A stretch of 64,000 nucleotides of DNA, from positions 224,001 through 288,000 of the forward strand of contig DAHVLZ010000009.1 in assembly GCA_027320085.1 (NCBI GenBank), written 5' to 3'. A program made the translations under genes and the position numbers. Below the pieces are notes generated by a model that saw only the letters and a program-made list of their open reading frames with translations, searched no databases and was not told where the DNA came from. Below, piece after piece: positions 28,771 through 39,102 of this stretch (position 1 is its first letter; each line of letters starts with the position of its first letter). Source of the DNA: Pseudomonadota bacterium (GTDB lineage Bacteria > Pseudomonadota > Gammaproteobacteria > JAKAQQ01).

Positions 28771-30099
28771 TTAATCCCAGGGGCGTTTCACCTTAACGAA
28801 CTTCACGTTTTGCGGTCTGATCTGCGGAGAAGCAACGGGAGCACCCACGTGCACCTGCCATTTCTCCGTAAGAATCAGGGCATAACTGAATCGTGCATAG
28901 GTCTTGAAGATCAACGCGGTCCCAACCTTGATCGGCAGAATGTGCGCATCCGATGAACGGTCGCCAAAAGCCCGCCGATCTTCGACATTCTCTCCCGGCC
29001 GAAACACATCCAAGACATTACCCGGTTTGAGTCCCTGACGGCGGCCCAGATCGATAACCACAATGTCATATTGTCCAATATCGGGGAAGCGCGTTGCCAT
29101 CGCTACAATCTGTCCTTGGACCAGAGACCGGGGCAGACTCGGAACCCAGTTCTGGTAAACCCCTTTTTCGGTGAGTGGCATCAACCGGTCTCCAGGCCGA
29201 ATCTCCACAGTCGAATGCACCAAGAGGAACAGTGCGGGGTGACCTAGACGCAGGAGCCGGACTTTCCCCACTTCGACTACCTCATATCCCAAACGTTCGC
29301 CGGAAGACCATTGACGGATCGGCTGAATCAACCGGACCAGTGCATATCTTCGATGTACTCCTACAGCAGGCAGCCCCCGGACATAGACCCGCTCCACCGG
29401 AGCGGCATAGGTCATGCGGCGAACCGAACGCAGGACGTAGGGGAGATGTTGATAGCCCCTCAGGCTTACTGCTCGGGGCTGATCAAAAAATGGTGCAATG
29501 TCGGCATAGGGAATCACGGCGATAGGCGAGCGGAGCGGGCGAACAACCATCCGGGGGCGCAAATTGACCGTCGGGATGGAAGATTCCATCCTCCGCCTCA
29601 GCAGGCCCTTAAGGTAACGGCGCGAGGTTGATGCAACGGGGGCTTGCCCACGCATGATGGTCAACTCACGGTGCCCATAGTGATATCCCAAGAAAATGGT
29701 ATCGCCGGGATAAATGAGGTCTGGATTTCTGATCCCTCGATTGAGATACCAGATATCCGGCCAGCGCCAAGGGCTGCGGAGATAGCGCGATGCAATCCCC
29801 CAGAGAGTATCCCCCGGACGGATGATATAACGAACCGGCACATGACTCCGGATCACACGGCCGTGCTGGACAGACTGCCTACGTGTCTGCGCCGGGGCAG
29901 AAGGAGTAGAGGCTGTGAAGGCTTTAACCCGAGCGGTGGTCACCCGATGTGGGGGCACGACGGTCGAACTGCAACTAGCCAAGAAAACAGCGCAAGACAA
30001 AGACAGTGCCAAGCGGATCGGCACCTTTAGGTACCCTAACTGTCGGCTGGGTGGGGTACAATAAAAGTAGGCCCTTTTGATTCGCCCAAACATCGCCAT
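28771..30099 (-). CDS. LysM peptidoglycan-binding protein (TsaP-like), probable lipoprotein
   Basis: YIIRPGDTLWGIA..YL.SPW.WP.IW...I.NPDLIYPGD; lipobox-like FLASC; divergent from def. Confidence 0.9.
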   Translation of the reverse strand: MAMFGRIKRAYFYCTPPSRQLGYLKVPIRLALSLSCAVFLASCSSTVVPPHRVTTARVKAFTASTPSAPAQTRRQSVQHGRVIRSHVPVRYIIRPGDTLWGIASRYLRSPWRWPDIWYLNRGIRNPDLIYPGDTIFLGYHYGHRELTIMRGQAPVASTSRRYLKGLLRRRMESSIPTVNLRPRMVVRPLRSPIAVIPYADIAPFFDQPRAVSLRGYQHLPYVLRSVRRMTYAAPVERVYVRGLPAVGVHRRYALVRLIQPIRQWSSGERLGYEVVEVGKVRLLRLGHPALFLLVHSTVEIRPGDRLMPLTEKGVYQNWVPSLPRSLVQGQIVAMATRFPDIGQYDIVVIDLGRRQGLKPGNVLDVFRPGENVEDRRAFGDRSSDAHILPIKVGTALIFKTYARFSYALILTEKWQVHVGAPVASPQIRPQNVKFVKVKRPWD

Positions 30100-30177
30100 T
30101 CCTCAATTTCGGCTTGATCCCGATGCCCCATGCTATACAGGGCGGGGGCGAAGCGCAACGTCCAGACCACGAACCCC

Positions 30178-30693
30178 ATGACAACCCGTAGCATTGTGAT
30201 CTTTCCTGACCCCCGTTTGCGAACCAAAGCACAACCGGTGTCCGCGTTTGACCCTGTTTTACAGCGCCTGGTCAGCGATCTTTTCGAGACTATGCGTGAA
30301 GCCAATGGACTGGGTCTTGCCGCCACACAGATTGCTGAATTGCTTAGAGTTTTTGTAATGGATGTTTCAGAAGATGGTTCCTGCCCGATCGCCTTTGTTA
30401 ACCCCGTCATTGTGAGCCGAAAGGGGCAGCAGAAACGCCAAGAAGGCTGTCTTTCGATCCCAGGCGTTTATGCCGATGTCGTCCGTGCGGCGGAAATCCA
30501 TATCCAGGCGTTCGACCCGTTGGGGCAACCGTTCGAAAGAACCGCAGTGGCACTCGAAGCAGTGTGTATCCAGCACGAAATTGATCATCTGGATGGCCAC
30601 CTGTTTATCGACCATCTTTCCCCACTCAAGCGTGAGCGGGCTCTCGGGTCGCTTCGGGTCGGTGGGGAACGATCCGCATCCGGGATCTCGTGA
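30178..30693 (+). CDS. def: Peptide deformylase
   Basis: PDPRLR, GLGLAATQI, EGCLS, QHEIDHLDG. Confidence 0.97.
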   Translation: MTTRSIVIFPDPRLRTKAQPVSAFDPVLQRLVSDLFETMREANGLGLAATQIAELLRVFVMDVSEDGSCPIAFVNPVIVSRKGQQKRQEGCLSIPGVYADVVRAAEIHIQAFDPLGQPFERTAVALEAVCIQHEIDHLDGHLFIDHLSPLKRERALGSLRVGGERSASGIS

Positions 30694-30697
30694 AGCG

Positions 30698-31633
30698 GTG
30701 AGTTTCCGTATCGTTTTTGCCGGAACTCCCCAATTTGCTGTCCCCACCCTTGCCGGCCTAGCTACCACCCACAAACTCGTCGCTATTCTGACCCAGCCGG
30801 ACCGCCCTCGCGGTCGGGGGCGGTCTTTTCAACCGACAGCAGTCAAAAGCTGGGCACTTGAACACCATATCGAAGTTTTCACTCCAACCTCCCTCACTGA
30901 CCGTGAAGTTCGGGAAGCCATTCGTGCCCTGCAGCCTGACTTCCTGATTGTGGTGGCTTATGGGCTTCTGTTCCCGCAGACATGGTTAGAACTACCCTCC
31001 ATAGGGGTGCTTAACGTGCACGCCTCCCTTCTACCCCGTTGGCGTGGAGCTTCACCCATTGAATACAGCTTGCTTGCAGGGGACCCGCAGAGCGGGGTTT
31101 CCATCCAGCAAGTGGTGAAGCAGCTGGATGCCGGACCAGTTTATCGCCAAAACCCGGTCGCCCTGCACCCCCACGAAAACCAGAGTTCCCTGTATAACCG
31201 ACTATCCGAACTGGGGGCCCAGAGTGTGCTTGATGTCCTCGCTACATGGGGACGGGTTGAACCAACCCCCCAGGATGAACGATTCGTCACTTTTGCCCCC
31301 AAGATCAATGCTGCCCATGCGGCCATTTCCTGGAACCAGCCAGCTCCCTTGATTGAGCGTCAGATCCGTGCTTTTGAAGCCCACCCGGGAGCTTGGACCT
31401 TGCATGCAGGACGCCGGATCAAAATCTTGGAAGCTCAAACACTCGATCTCCATGCCATGCAATTACCTGGCACATTCGTGCAGGGACCAGAAGAGACAAT
31501 CCGGGTAGCAACCAGCCAGGGATTTCTCTCAGTTCGGCGCCTGAAACCTGAAGGATCCAGAGACATGACCCCGGCACAGTGGCTGAACGGGCTCCAGTCC
31601 GGGCAACCATTCCGCTTTCATTCCACTCCTTAA
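30698..31633 (+). CDS. fmt: Methionyl-tRNA formyltransferase
   Basis: FAGTPQFA, TQPDRPRGRG, VVAYG, NVHASLLPRWRGASPI, LDAG; GTG start. Confidence 0.97.
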   Translation: MSFRIVFAGTPQFAVPTLAGLATTHKLVAILTQPDRPRGRGRSFQPTAVKSWALEHHIEVFTPTSLTDREVREAIRALQPDFLIVVAYGLLFPQTWLELPSIGVLNVHASLLPRWRGASPIEYSLLAGDPQSGVSIQQVVKQLDAGPVYRQNPVALHPHENQSSLYNRLSELGAQSVLDVLATWGRVEPTPQDERFVTFAPKINAAHAAISWNQPAPLIERQIRAFEAHPGAWTLHAGRRIKILEAQTLDLHAMQLPGTFVQGPEETIRVATSQGFLSVRRLKPEGSRDMTPAQWLNGLQSGQPFRFHSTP

Positions 31634-31635
31634 AA

Positions 31636-32952
31636 ATGAAGGTCACAAAAGCGGTCCACGAAACGCATCTCCCCGTCCGCGCCCAAGCGGCATGGATCCT
31701 GCATCAGGTGCTACAGGGAACTCCCTTAGAACCCTTGTGGGAGGATTGGACACCAGGGCCGGAGGCAGCCTTTCTCCGTGAGATGGTCTACGGGACCCTG
31801 CGCTTTTATCCCCGACTATCCCTGCTCCTCTCCTGGCTTGCCCCCAAACGCCGGCTTGACCCCCTGATCCGGGCGCTTGCCCTGAGCGCACTCTACCAAC
31901 TGCTCCATCTTCGCGTACCCGTCCACGCAACGGTACACGAAAGTGTGGAGGCAGCTCGAGAACTGGGTTTCGCACCCGCCCAACCATTTGTCAATGCCAT
32001 ACTCCGCCGGGCCATTCGCGAGCGTGTCCAGTGGGATAACCGTCTTGACGACTCAGACATTGGTCGGTACTCCTATCCACCCTGGTGGCTCACTCTCATG
32101 CGGAAAAGCTGGCCGGATGTTTGGCCGACACTGCTTTTGGCCGGGAATGAGCGGGCACCTATGACACTACGGGTCAATCTGAGCCGGATTTCCCGCGAGG
32201 ATTACCTCCTGAACCTAGGGTCCCACGGGATTGGCGGAAGACAGGGCAAGATGGCGGCCACCGCCATTGTGTTAGACAGGCCACTTCCAATCGGGGAAAT
32301 CCCTGGATTTCCAGAGGGACTAGTCACAGTCCAAGACGAGGCCGCCCAGCTCGCAGTGCCTCTTCTCGAGCCCCAACCCGGCATGCGGGTCCTGGACGCC
32401 TGTGCGGCGCCGGGGGGCAAAACCACGCACCTCCTTGAGCACACTCGAGGTGACATTATCTTGGATGCTCTCGATCGGGATGCAGGACGCCTCAAAAAGG
32501 TTCACGAAGGCATAGTCCGATGCGGATATACGGTCACCCGGCTCCTGGCAACTGATGCGCGAGAAACCGATCAGTTCTATCAAGGCATTCCCTATGACCG
32601 AATTCTCCTCGATGCGCCCTGCACAGGCAGTGGTGTGGTTCGCAGACACCCGGACATCAAGATCACGAGGACCCTGCACAGCGTGAATCTCATCCGTGAC
32701 CGACAACAGGCACTTCTTGAATCCCTGTGGCCTCTGCTCAAGAGTGGCGGGCGCCTGCTCTATGTGACCTGCTCTCTTTTTGAGTCCGAGAACGACGACG
32801 TCATGGGTAATTTTCTTGAAGGACATAAAGATGCCCGCGTATTGGATTCTTGTCCCTCCGGGACACACCGGACCCGCTACGGCTATATCTCACTGACAGG
32901 AGAATGGGATCAGGATGGTTTTTTCTTCGCAAGCTTGGTCAAATCAGGGTAG
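31636..32952 (+). CDS. rsmB: 16S rRNA m5C967 methyltransferase
   Basis: NusB-like N-terminus, VQDEAAQ, LDACAAPGGKT, DAPCTGSG, YVTCS, DGFF. Confidence 0.96.
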   Translation: MKVTKAVHETHLPVRAQAAWILHQVLQGTPLEPLWEDWTPGPEAAFLREMVYGTLRFYPRLSLLLSWLAPKRRLDPLIRALALSALYQLLHLRVPVHATVHESVEAARELGFAPAQPFVNAILRRAIRERVQWDNRLDDSDIGRYSYPPWWLTLMRKSWPDVWPTLLLAGNERAPMTLRVNLSRISREDYLLNLGSHGIGGRQGKMAATAIVLDRPLPIGEIPGFPEGLVTVQDEAAQLAVPLLEPQPGMRVLDACAAPGGKTTHLLEHTRGDIILDALDRDAGRLKKVHEGIVRCGYTVTRLLATDARETDQFYQGIPYDRILLDAPCTGSGVVRRHPDIKITRTLHSVNLIRDRQQALLESLWPLLKSGGRLLYVTCSLFESENDDVMGNFLEGHKDARVLDSCPSGTHRTRYGYISLTGEWDQDGFFFASLVKSG

Positions 32953-32961
32953 GCTAGACTT

Positions 32962-33561
32962 ATGTTGGGCTTTTTTGACCAAACTACCATGCATCTGGGC
33001 CCACACAGACGAGCACCCCTGCTCTGTGCACTCGCCGCTCTTGCGGGGCTGGCTAGTGCTCCTGTGTGGGGGCACGGCTTGACCATTCTGCGTGTCCGTG
33101 TCTTTCCTCAAAGAGCGGTTTACTACCTAAACGCCCACATGCACATTCACCTGAATCCTTCCGCCCGCCACGCGCTAAAAATCGGCATACCAATTGTCCT
33201 CAAGGTTGAGATTGCAATTAGGCGCCACAATGCCTGGTTTTGGCAGGGGCCAATCGCTCAGCTAACCCAGCGCTTTTCCATTCAGGATCATCTTGTAAGT
33301 GATCAAATCGTGGTTCAGAATCTCAATGGCGGAACCCGGGTCTATTTCCGGAAGATTCAGACAGCCTTGCATGCAATCGAAGTGATTCGCCATATCCCGG
33401 TGATTGACCGCAGCCTGCTCAAGACTAATCAGATCTATCGAATCCGCGTCAAAGCGGTACTTGACATCGAAAATATTCCTTCAAACTTGAAATGGATTGC
33501 GTGGATCTGGTCGAGCTGGCGGACTGCGAGCCGCGCTTACTCAGTCCTGGTTCGGCCATGA
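32962..33561 (+). CDS. DUF4390-like exported protein
   Basis: Signal peptide, ALKIGIPI...WFW; canonical position between rsmB and ntrY. Confidence 0.8.
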   Translation: MLGFFDQTTMHLGPHRRAPLLCALAALAGLASAPVWGHGLTILRVRVFPQRAVYYLNAHMHIHLNPSARHALKIGIPIVLKVEIAIRRHNAWFWQGPIAQLTQRFSIQDHLVSDQIVVQNLNGGTRVYFRKIQTALHAIEVIRHIPVIDRSLLKTNQIYRIRVKAVLDIENIPSNLKWIAWIWSSWRTASRAYSVLVRP

Positions 33562-35771
33562 AACGTTCGCTGTACCGAATCATTCTGACCATTGCCATCC
33601 TGATGCTTGTCGTGAGCCTTTACCTGCTTGCGGTCACGACCCGGAATACTGTGATCTTTGCCCGCCTGCATACCGCCCTACTAGTCCTTGTCTTGATCTG
33701 CATCCTGTTTCTTCTGGTCTTGATTGCCATTCATCTGAGCCTCCTGGTCCGGCAACTCAGACGCCACGTTCCCGGAGCTCGGTTGACAGCCCGACTTTTT
33801 GGGATCTTTACCCTGGTCGCTTTCATTCCCCTGCTTGTGGTCTATGCCTTTTCAATCCAATTTATCAGCCAAGGAATTGACAGTTGGTTTAATCTCCATA
33901 TTGGGCACAACCTACACAATGCGCTCTCTCTAAGTCGTTCAACACTGGACCGGCATCTCCGGAGTGTGCTGGAGAAATCCCACGCTGCTGCAACCACTCT
34001 TTCGAATACCAATCCTGCCATCCTGCCTCTCGTCATCTACGAGCTCCGTTCGGAGGTTGGTGCGTCCAGTCTGGTTCTTTATTCTGATCGAGGCCGCGTG
34101 ATTGCCTTCAGCGCATCGCAGATGGGTCCGTTGATTCCCCGGCAGTTTCACCAGTTTTTCTGGCTGCCTCCTAATCTTCGAACGAGTTATGTTGGATTGA
34201 CTCATCATCCCCACCACCCTTTTTATGCTCATGCTGTCGTACCTGTCATGAATCCACTGCCTTGGAAGCAGCCTTGGATTCTGGAGGCTCTGTTCCCGCT
34301 ACCCCAAAGGGAAAACCGCCTGACCCTTGAGGCCAGCCGATCCTATGCCCGTTATGAAGAGCTACGATTCTTGAGAACGCCGCTTGAAATGAGTTTTATC
34401 GTCACTTTAACTCTTGTCCTTCTTCTGAGTTTGCTGGCCGCAGCCAGTGGGGCCCTGTACGCGGCTCGGCGTATGGTGGCCCCCATCCAATCCCTCATTG
34501 AGGGCTTTCGCTCAGTTTCCCGGGGTGATCTACAGGTCACTGTCCCCGTGACAAGCAGGGATGATCTCGGTTTTCTGAGCCAATCTTTCAATGCCATGGC
34601 ACAACAATTGGCCGAAGCACAAAAGGCCGCTGAACAAGGCCAGAGTCTGGTAGAGCACGAACGCTCGCATCTGAGAACCGTCCTATCAGGGCTTACTTCC
34701 GGTGTTATTGCACTCAACTCCGAACTTCAAACCACAATTGTTAATGCGGCAGCCACCCAAGTTCTCGATATCATGAGCCATGAACTCCTGGGACACTCAA
34801 TGGGTAATTTTGCGGCATTGCACCCGGAGTTGAGCGAATTCGCTGCTGCCTGTATTGAAGGACACCAGGCGGCTACGCCTGATTTCCGTCGTGAAGTGAC
34901 GATCGGGGAAGGACCTCATCACCGTGTCCTGCTACTGCGAGCTGCGCCTCTAGCAGCCACTTCAACTGAGCAGACAGGAACTGTAATTGTGTTTGATGAT
35001 CTCACCATTCAACTCCAGGCCCAGAAAGATGCAGCATGGGGCGAAGTCGCGCGTCGCCTCGCGCATGAAATAAAAAATCCCCTGACCCCTATCCAGCTCG
35101 CCGCTGAACGGATCCAGCGCCGGGCCGCCGCTCTTGCCGATAGTGCCCAAGCCAGTGAGTTTTCTGGTTTGACCACAACGATCATTAACCAGGTCGATTC
35201 CCTTAAACGCATGGTAAATGCCTTCAGCGAGTACGCCAAAAGCCCGGAACTTCACATCAGTCGGTTTGATCTCAACCAGACGGTGCGTGAATTGGCTGAT
35301 CTGTACCGGGGACAACGCCACCCGTTTACCTTGGATCTCCACCTGAGCACGGGACCACTGATGATCGAGGCTGACCAAGCCCGTATCGTCCAGATACTCC
35401 ACAACTTAATCAAGAATTCCCTAGAAGCTCTCTCCTCAAAACCCACGGGCACGGTGATCGTCGCCACTCGTGCAGCCACTGATGTTGAGGCAGATGAGAT
35501 TGAGCTCACTGTCGAAGACGACGGCCCGGGATTTTCCCCCTCAATTTTAGAACATGCCTTTGAACCTTATGTTACAAGCAAGCGGCGAGGAACGGGCCTC
35601 GGGCTTGCGATTGTAAAAAAACTAGTTGAGGAACAGGGAGGTTATATTTATCTAGCCAACCGCCTACAGGGGGGCGCACAAATTACTGTTACCCTACCGA
35701 TTAGTGAATCAGGACGGGATCGTTCCTTACTTGCACTCGCACGAGGCTTACAGGGCCGGGAGATACCGTGA
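33558..35771 (+). CDS. ntrY: NtrY-like sensor histidine kinase
   Basis: Multiple TMs, GIDSWF, HAMP, PAS, AWGEVARRLAHEIKNPLTPIQLAAER, DDGPG, GTGLGLAIV. Confidence 0.92.
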   Translation: MKRSLYRIILTIAILMLVVSLYLLAVTTRNTVIFARLHTALLVLVLICILFLLVLIAIHLSLLVRQLRRHVPGARLTARLFGIFTLVAFIPLLVVYAFSIQFISQGIDSWFNLHIGHNLHNALSLSRSTLDRHLRSVLEKSHAAATTLSNTNPAILPLVIYELRSEVGASSLVLYSDRGRVIAFSASQMGPLIPRQFHQFFWLPPNLRTSYVGLTHHPHHPFYAHAVVPVMNPLPWKQPWILEALFPLPQRENRLTLEASRSYARYEELRFLRTPLEMSFIVTLTLVLLLSLLAAASGALYAARRMVAPIQSLIEGFRSVSRGDLQVTVPVTSRDDLGFLSQSFNAMAQQLAEAQKAAEQGQSLVEHERSHLRTVLSGLTSGVIALNSELQTTIVNAAATQVLDIMSHELLGHSMGNFAALHPELSEFAAACIEGHQAATPDFRREVTIGEGPHHRVLLLRAAPLAATSTEQTGTVIVFDDLTIQLQAQKDAAWGEVARRLAHEIKNPLTPIQLAAERIQRRAAALADSAQASEFSGLTTTIINQVDSLKRMVNAFSEYAKSPELHISRFDLNQTVRELADLYRGQRHPFTLDLHLSTGPLMIEADQARIVQILHNLIKNSLEALSSKPTGTVIVATRAATDVEADEIELTVEDDGPGFSPSILEHAFEPYVTSKRRGTGLGLAIVKKLVEEQGGYIYLANRLQGGAQITVTLPISESGRDRSLLALARGLQGREIP

Positions 35772-37099
35772 CCAAGCCGCGGATTCTTGTCGTCGACGAT
35801 GAGGATGACATCCGTCACCTGATCCGTGAGATTCTTGAAGAGGAGGGTTATGAAGTCAGTTTGGCGGGGAGTGCCGAGGAAGCACGTGAACTTCGCAGCC
35901 GTCATCTTTTTGAACTCGTCTTGCTTGACATCTGGATGCCAGATACAGATGGAATCTCTTTGCTGACCGAATGGAACCGGACTGCGCCGCTTCCTACGGT
36001 CATGATTTCCGGACATGGTTCGATTGAAACTGCAATGGAAGCAAGTCGGCTGGGTGCCATTGATTTCCTGGAGAAACCCATTTCGATCGCAAAACTTCTC
36101 CAGACCGTGGAGCGGTCACTGGAAAAGCCGATACGTCACACTACCGAAACGCTGCAGTCCATAGGCCCCGAGTTAGTCGGGAAGAGTGCCCTGATCCAAC
36201 ACTTGCGGCAGCGGCTTCAGTTGCTGGCCCCCATACATGCACCCGTTCTCTTTATTGGAGAACCGGGTTCGGGACGGGAAAGTTGTGCCCGCTGGTTACA
36301 CCAGATGCGAGGACAACGTGGAGCCTTCGTCCGCCTCCCAACCGACCCACAGGACGGGAAAAGCACTGGCCCCAGTGTTTGGATGGAGGAAGCTCGCTCG
36401 GGAACTCTGTTCGTCCCGGAAGTGACCGATCTGTCCACTGATGTCCAAGAATCACTCCTAGCCCTATTGAGCCACCTTGAGCGGGTTCCTGAGGGACGCC
36501 CCGATCTCATGGCTTCGGCACAACCTCATGTCCGAGATACCAAAAACCCAATGATCAACCGGGTTCTCTACGATACCCTGGCCGTGATGCTCATTGACGT
36601 ACCCCCGCTGCGGGACTATCGTGAAGATATCCCGGAACTCCTCAAACAGACAGTCAATTGGCTTGTGGATGCACGTCAGAGACCTTACCGGCGTTTCAGC
36701 ATTGCAGCCCAGAACCGCCTCCGCCACTATGACTGGCCGGGGAACCGAACTCAACTTCAGAATGTGGTCGAACAGCTCCTTGTAACAGGGGATGACGATG
36801 AAATCAGCCAGGAAGAAGTCGAGGAACGTCTAGCGCATGAAGTCAACAGTTCAGCACTGGGCTGGATGGGAACTGACTGGTTGGAACTTCCACTTCGGGA
36901 GGCTCGGGACCGATTTGAACGCCACTATTTCCAAGAGCAATTAAAGCTTTGTGAAGGTCGCATTGGCAGGCTTGCAGAGAAAGTCGGCATGGAACGAACC
37001 CATCTGTACAGGAAGCTAAGACACCTCGGAATTGATCCGACACGCTCTTCTGAGGAACCAGAGAGTACTCAGGCTGGACCGGAACGTTTGGCGCCCTAG
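35768..37099 (+). CDS. ntrX: NtrX-like response regulator with degenerate AAA+ domain
   Basis: VVDDE, LDIWMPD.DG, MISGHG, FLEKP; GEPGSGRE, no GAFTGA; WPGN; [14 protein letters not shown]. Confidence 0.9.
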   Translation: MTKPRILVVDDEDDIRHLIREILEEEGYEVSLAGSAEEARELRSRHLFELVLLDIWMPDTDGISLLTEWNRTAPLPTVMISGHGSIETAMEASRLGAIDFLEKPISIAKLLQTVERSLEKPIRHTTETLQSIGPELVGKSALIQHLRQRLQLLAPIHAPVLFIGEPGSGRESCARWLHQMRGQRGAFVRLPTDPQDGKSTGPSVWMEEARSGTLFVPEVTDLSTDVQESLLALLSHLERVPEGRPDLMASAQPHVRDTKNPMINRVLYDTLAVMLIDVPPLRDYREDIPELLKQTVNWLVDARQRPYRRFSIAAQNRLRHYDWPGNRTQLQNVVEQLLVTGDDDEISQEEVEERLAHEVNSSALGWMGTDWLELPLREARDRFERHYFQEQLKLCEGRIGRLAEKVGMERTHLYRKLRHLGIDPTRSSEEPESTQAGPERLAP

Positions 37100-37680
37100 A
37101 CTCGGTCTGGGGGCCGAATCATATTCATGAGCTCCATACGGGAACTGGCGTTAGTCCTGAACTCACCCAGCATGACTGAGGTGACCGTCGCGGAGTGTTG
37201 TTTTTCCACTCCTCGCATCATCATGCACAAATGCTGAGCTTCAATAATGACTCCCACACCCAGTGCATCTGTGACGGAAAGCACGTTTTCGGCGATCTGT
37301 CGGGTTAGCTCTTCCTGAATCTGAAGTCGCCGGGCATAGATTTCGACGATCCGGGCGAACTTTGAGAGTCCCAAGATCCGTCCGTGCGGAAGATAAGCAA
37401 TATGGCACTTTCCAAAAAAAGGTAGGAGATGATGTTCACAAAGGGAATAAAGCTCAATATTCTTGACAACCACCATTTCCTCGCAGGATGAGGGGAAAAC
37501 GGCGCCATTAACGACGTCGTCCAGCGTTTCCGAATAGCCCCGGGTCAGATATTGAAATGCGCGGGCAGCGCGTTGTGGAGTCTGCTCGAGCCCAGGACGC
37601 TCCACATCCTCACCGACTAAGGCAAGGAGGGTCGTGTAAACCTTCGTCCAGGCAGAAAGCTGTGAGTCACGTGAATTCAT
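37096..37680 (-). CDS. folE: GTP cyclohydrolase I
   Basis: [39 protein letters not shown]. Confidence 0.97.
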   Translation of the reverse strand: MNSRDSQLSAWTKVYTTLLALVGEDVERPGLEQTPQRAARAFQYLTRGYSETLDDVVNGAVFPSSCEEMVVVKNIELYSLCEHHLLPFFGKCHIAYLPHGRILGLSKFARIVEIYARRLQIQEELTRQIAENVLSVTDALGVGVIIEAQHLCMMMRGVEKQHSATVTSVMLGEFRTNASSRMELMNMIRPPDRV

Positions 37681-37815
37681 GTAGGTTCTCGCGCGTCAGT
37701 GGTTCCTGACTACCGGCTTTGCCAGGAACCCTCCCAAGAAGCTGGAATGATTATAAACTGGTGGAAGCTGGCCGCTGAGTAAGTTCTTCAACCCGCATAT
37801 TCCGGAGCTTTCTGC

Positions 37816-39102
37816 ATGACCCGTCTGGGCGAGCGTATAGATCACTATACGGAAGGTGCCGCGCTTGCAATCTTGGAAGGGCGGAGCCAGCGTCGTGGAA
37901 TGGTTCGACTCCTGCCTTTTATTGGTCCAGCGTTTATTGCATCGGTCGCCTACATTGACCCCGGCAATTTCGCCACGAACATCGCGAGCGGGTCCCAGTT
38001 TGGGTTTCTACTCCTTTGGGTTGTCATTGCTTCCAGTCTGAGCGCCTATTTTGTTCAAACTCTGGCAGCCAAGCTGGGCACCGTGAGCGGAAGAAACCTG
38101 GCCGAGCAGTGCCGTGAACGTTATCCACACTACTTGGTCCTGTCCATGTGGATCGGCATGGAAGCCGTCGCGATGGCGACCGACTTGGCTGAATTTATAG
38201 GGGCCAGCATTGCCTTCCATATGCTGTTTCCGGTCTCCTTGGCTGCTGCGGGTGGGTTGACCGCACTCTCTGCCAGCATCGTGTTGGCCGTCCAAGCTTA
38301 TGGGTTCCGACCCTTTGAGTGGGTCATCAGCGCCTTTGTCGGTTTCGTAGCCTTAGCCTACCTGATCGAACTGGGCATCGCTCGACCCGACTGGGCACGA
38401 ATCGGCTCTCACCTCCTACCGGCGACGATGTCCCATGCGGCTCTTTTCCTCGCGGTCGGTATCGTTGGGGCCACCATCATGCCACATGTGATTTTTCTCC
38501 ATTCGGCATTGACTCAGGACCGTGTCCGTGTTCGTGCAGCTGAGCACATCCGGCCACTGCTGCGCTTCCAATTCTGGGATATCTTGGTCGCCATGACTCT
38601 GGCAACGGCGACCAATGCCGCCATGTTGATAATGGCCGCAGTCGCTTTCCATGGTCATGGCATGGATGACGTGGTGGATTTATCTCAAGCCTATCGGACA
38701 CTCACACCGATTCTCGGTAGCGGTGCCTCGGTTCTTTTTGCCCTCGCCCTTTTAGCTTCAGGGATTTCAGCCACGACGGTAGGAACCTATGCGGGCCAGA
38801 TTATCATGCAAGGCTTCATCAATATTCGAACACCGCTCTGGATTAGACGCTCACTGACACTCGTTCCGTCCTTTTTGATTGTAGCGTTTTCAGGCTGGAA
38901 TCTGACTCATGTTCTCATCTGGACGCAGGTTTTGATCAGCTTCGGACTCCCGATTGCCCTCATTCCACTCATGGACTTTACTTCCAGACGAAAGGTGATG
39001 GGAGCTTTCGCCAATCGTCTGCTTTCATGGGGATTTGGCTGGGGTTTGGCTCTCTTCCTAATTGCTCTCAACTTGACGCTGATCGTGGTGACGTTTCGAT
39101 GA
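37816..39102 (+). CDS. mntH: NRAMP-family divalent metal (Mn2+/Fe2+) transporter
   Basis: AYIDPGNFATN, GATIMPH, GTYAGQIIMQGF; about 11 TMs. Confidence 0.94.
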   Translation: MTRLGERIDHYTEGAALAILEGRSQRRGMVRLLPFIGPAFIASVAYIDPGNFATNIASGSQFGFLLLWVVIASSLSAYFVQTLAAKLGTVSGRNLAEQCRERYPHYLVLSMWIGMEAVAMATDLAEFIGASIAFHMLFPVSLAAAGGLTALSASIVLAVQAYGFRPFEWVISAFVGFVALAYLIELGIARPDWARIGSHLLPATMSHAALFLAVGIVGATIMPHVIFLHSALTQDRVRVRAAEHIRPLLRFQFWDILVAMTLATATNAAMLIMAAVAFHGHGMDDVVDLSQAYRTLTPILGSGASVLFALALLASGISATTVGTYAGQIIMQGFINIRTPLWIRRSLTLVPSFLIVAFSGWNLTHVLIWTQVLISFGLPIALIPLMDFTSRRKVMGAFANRLLSWGFGWGLALFLIALNLTLIVVTFR

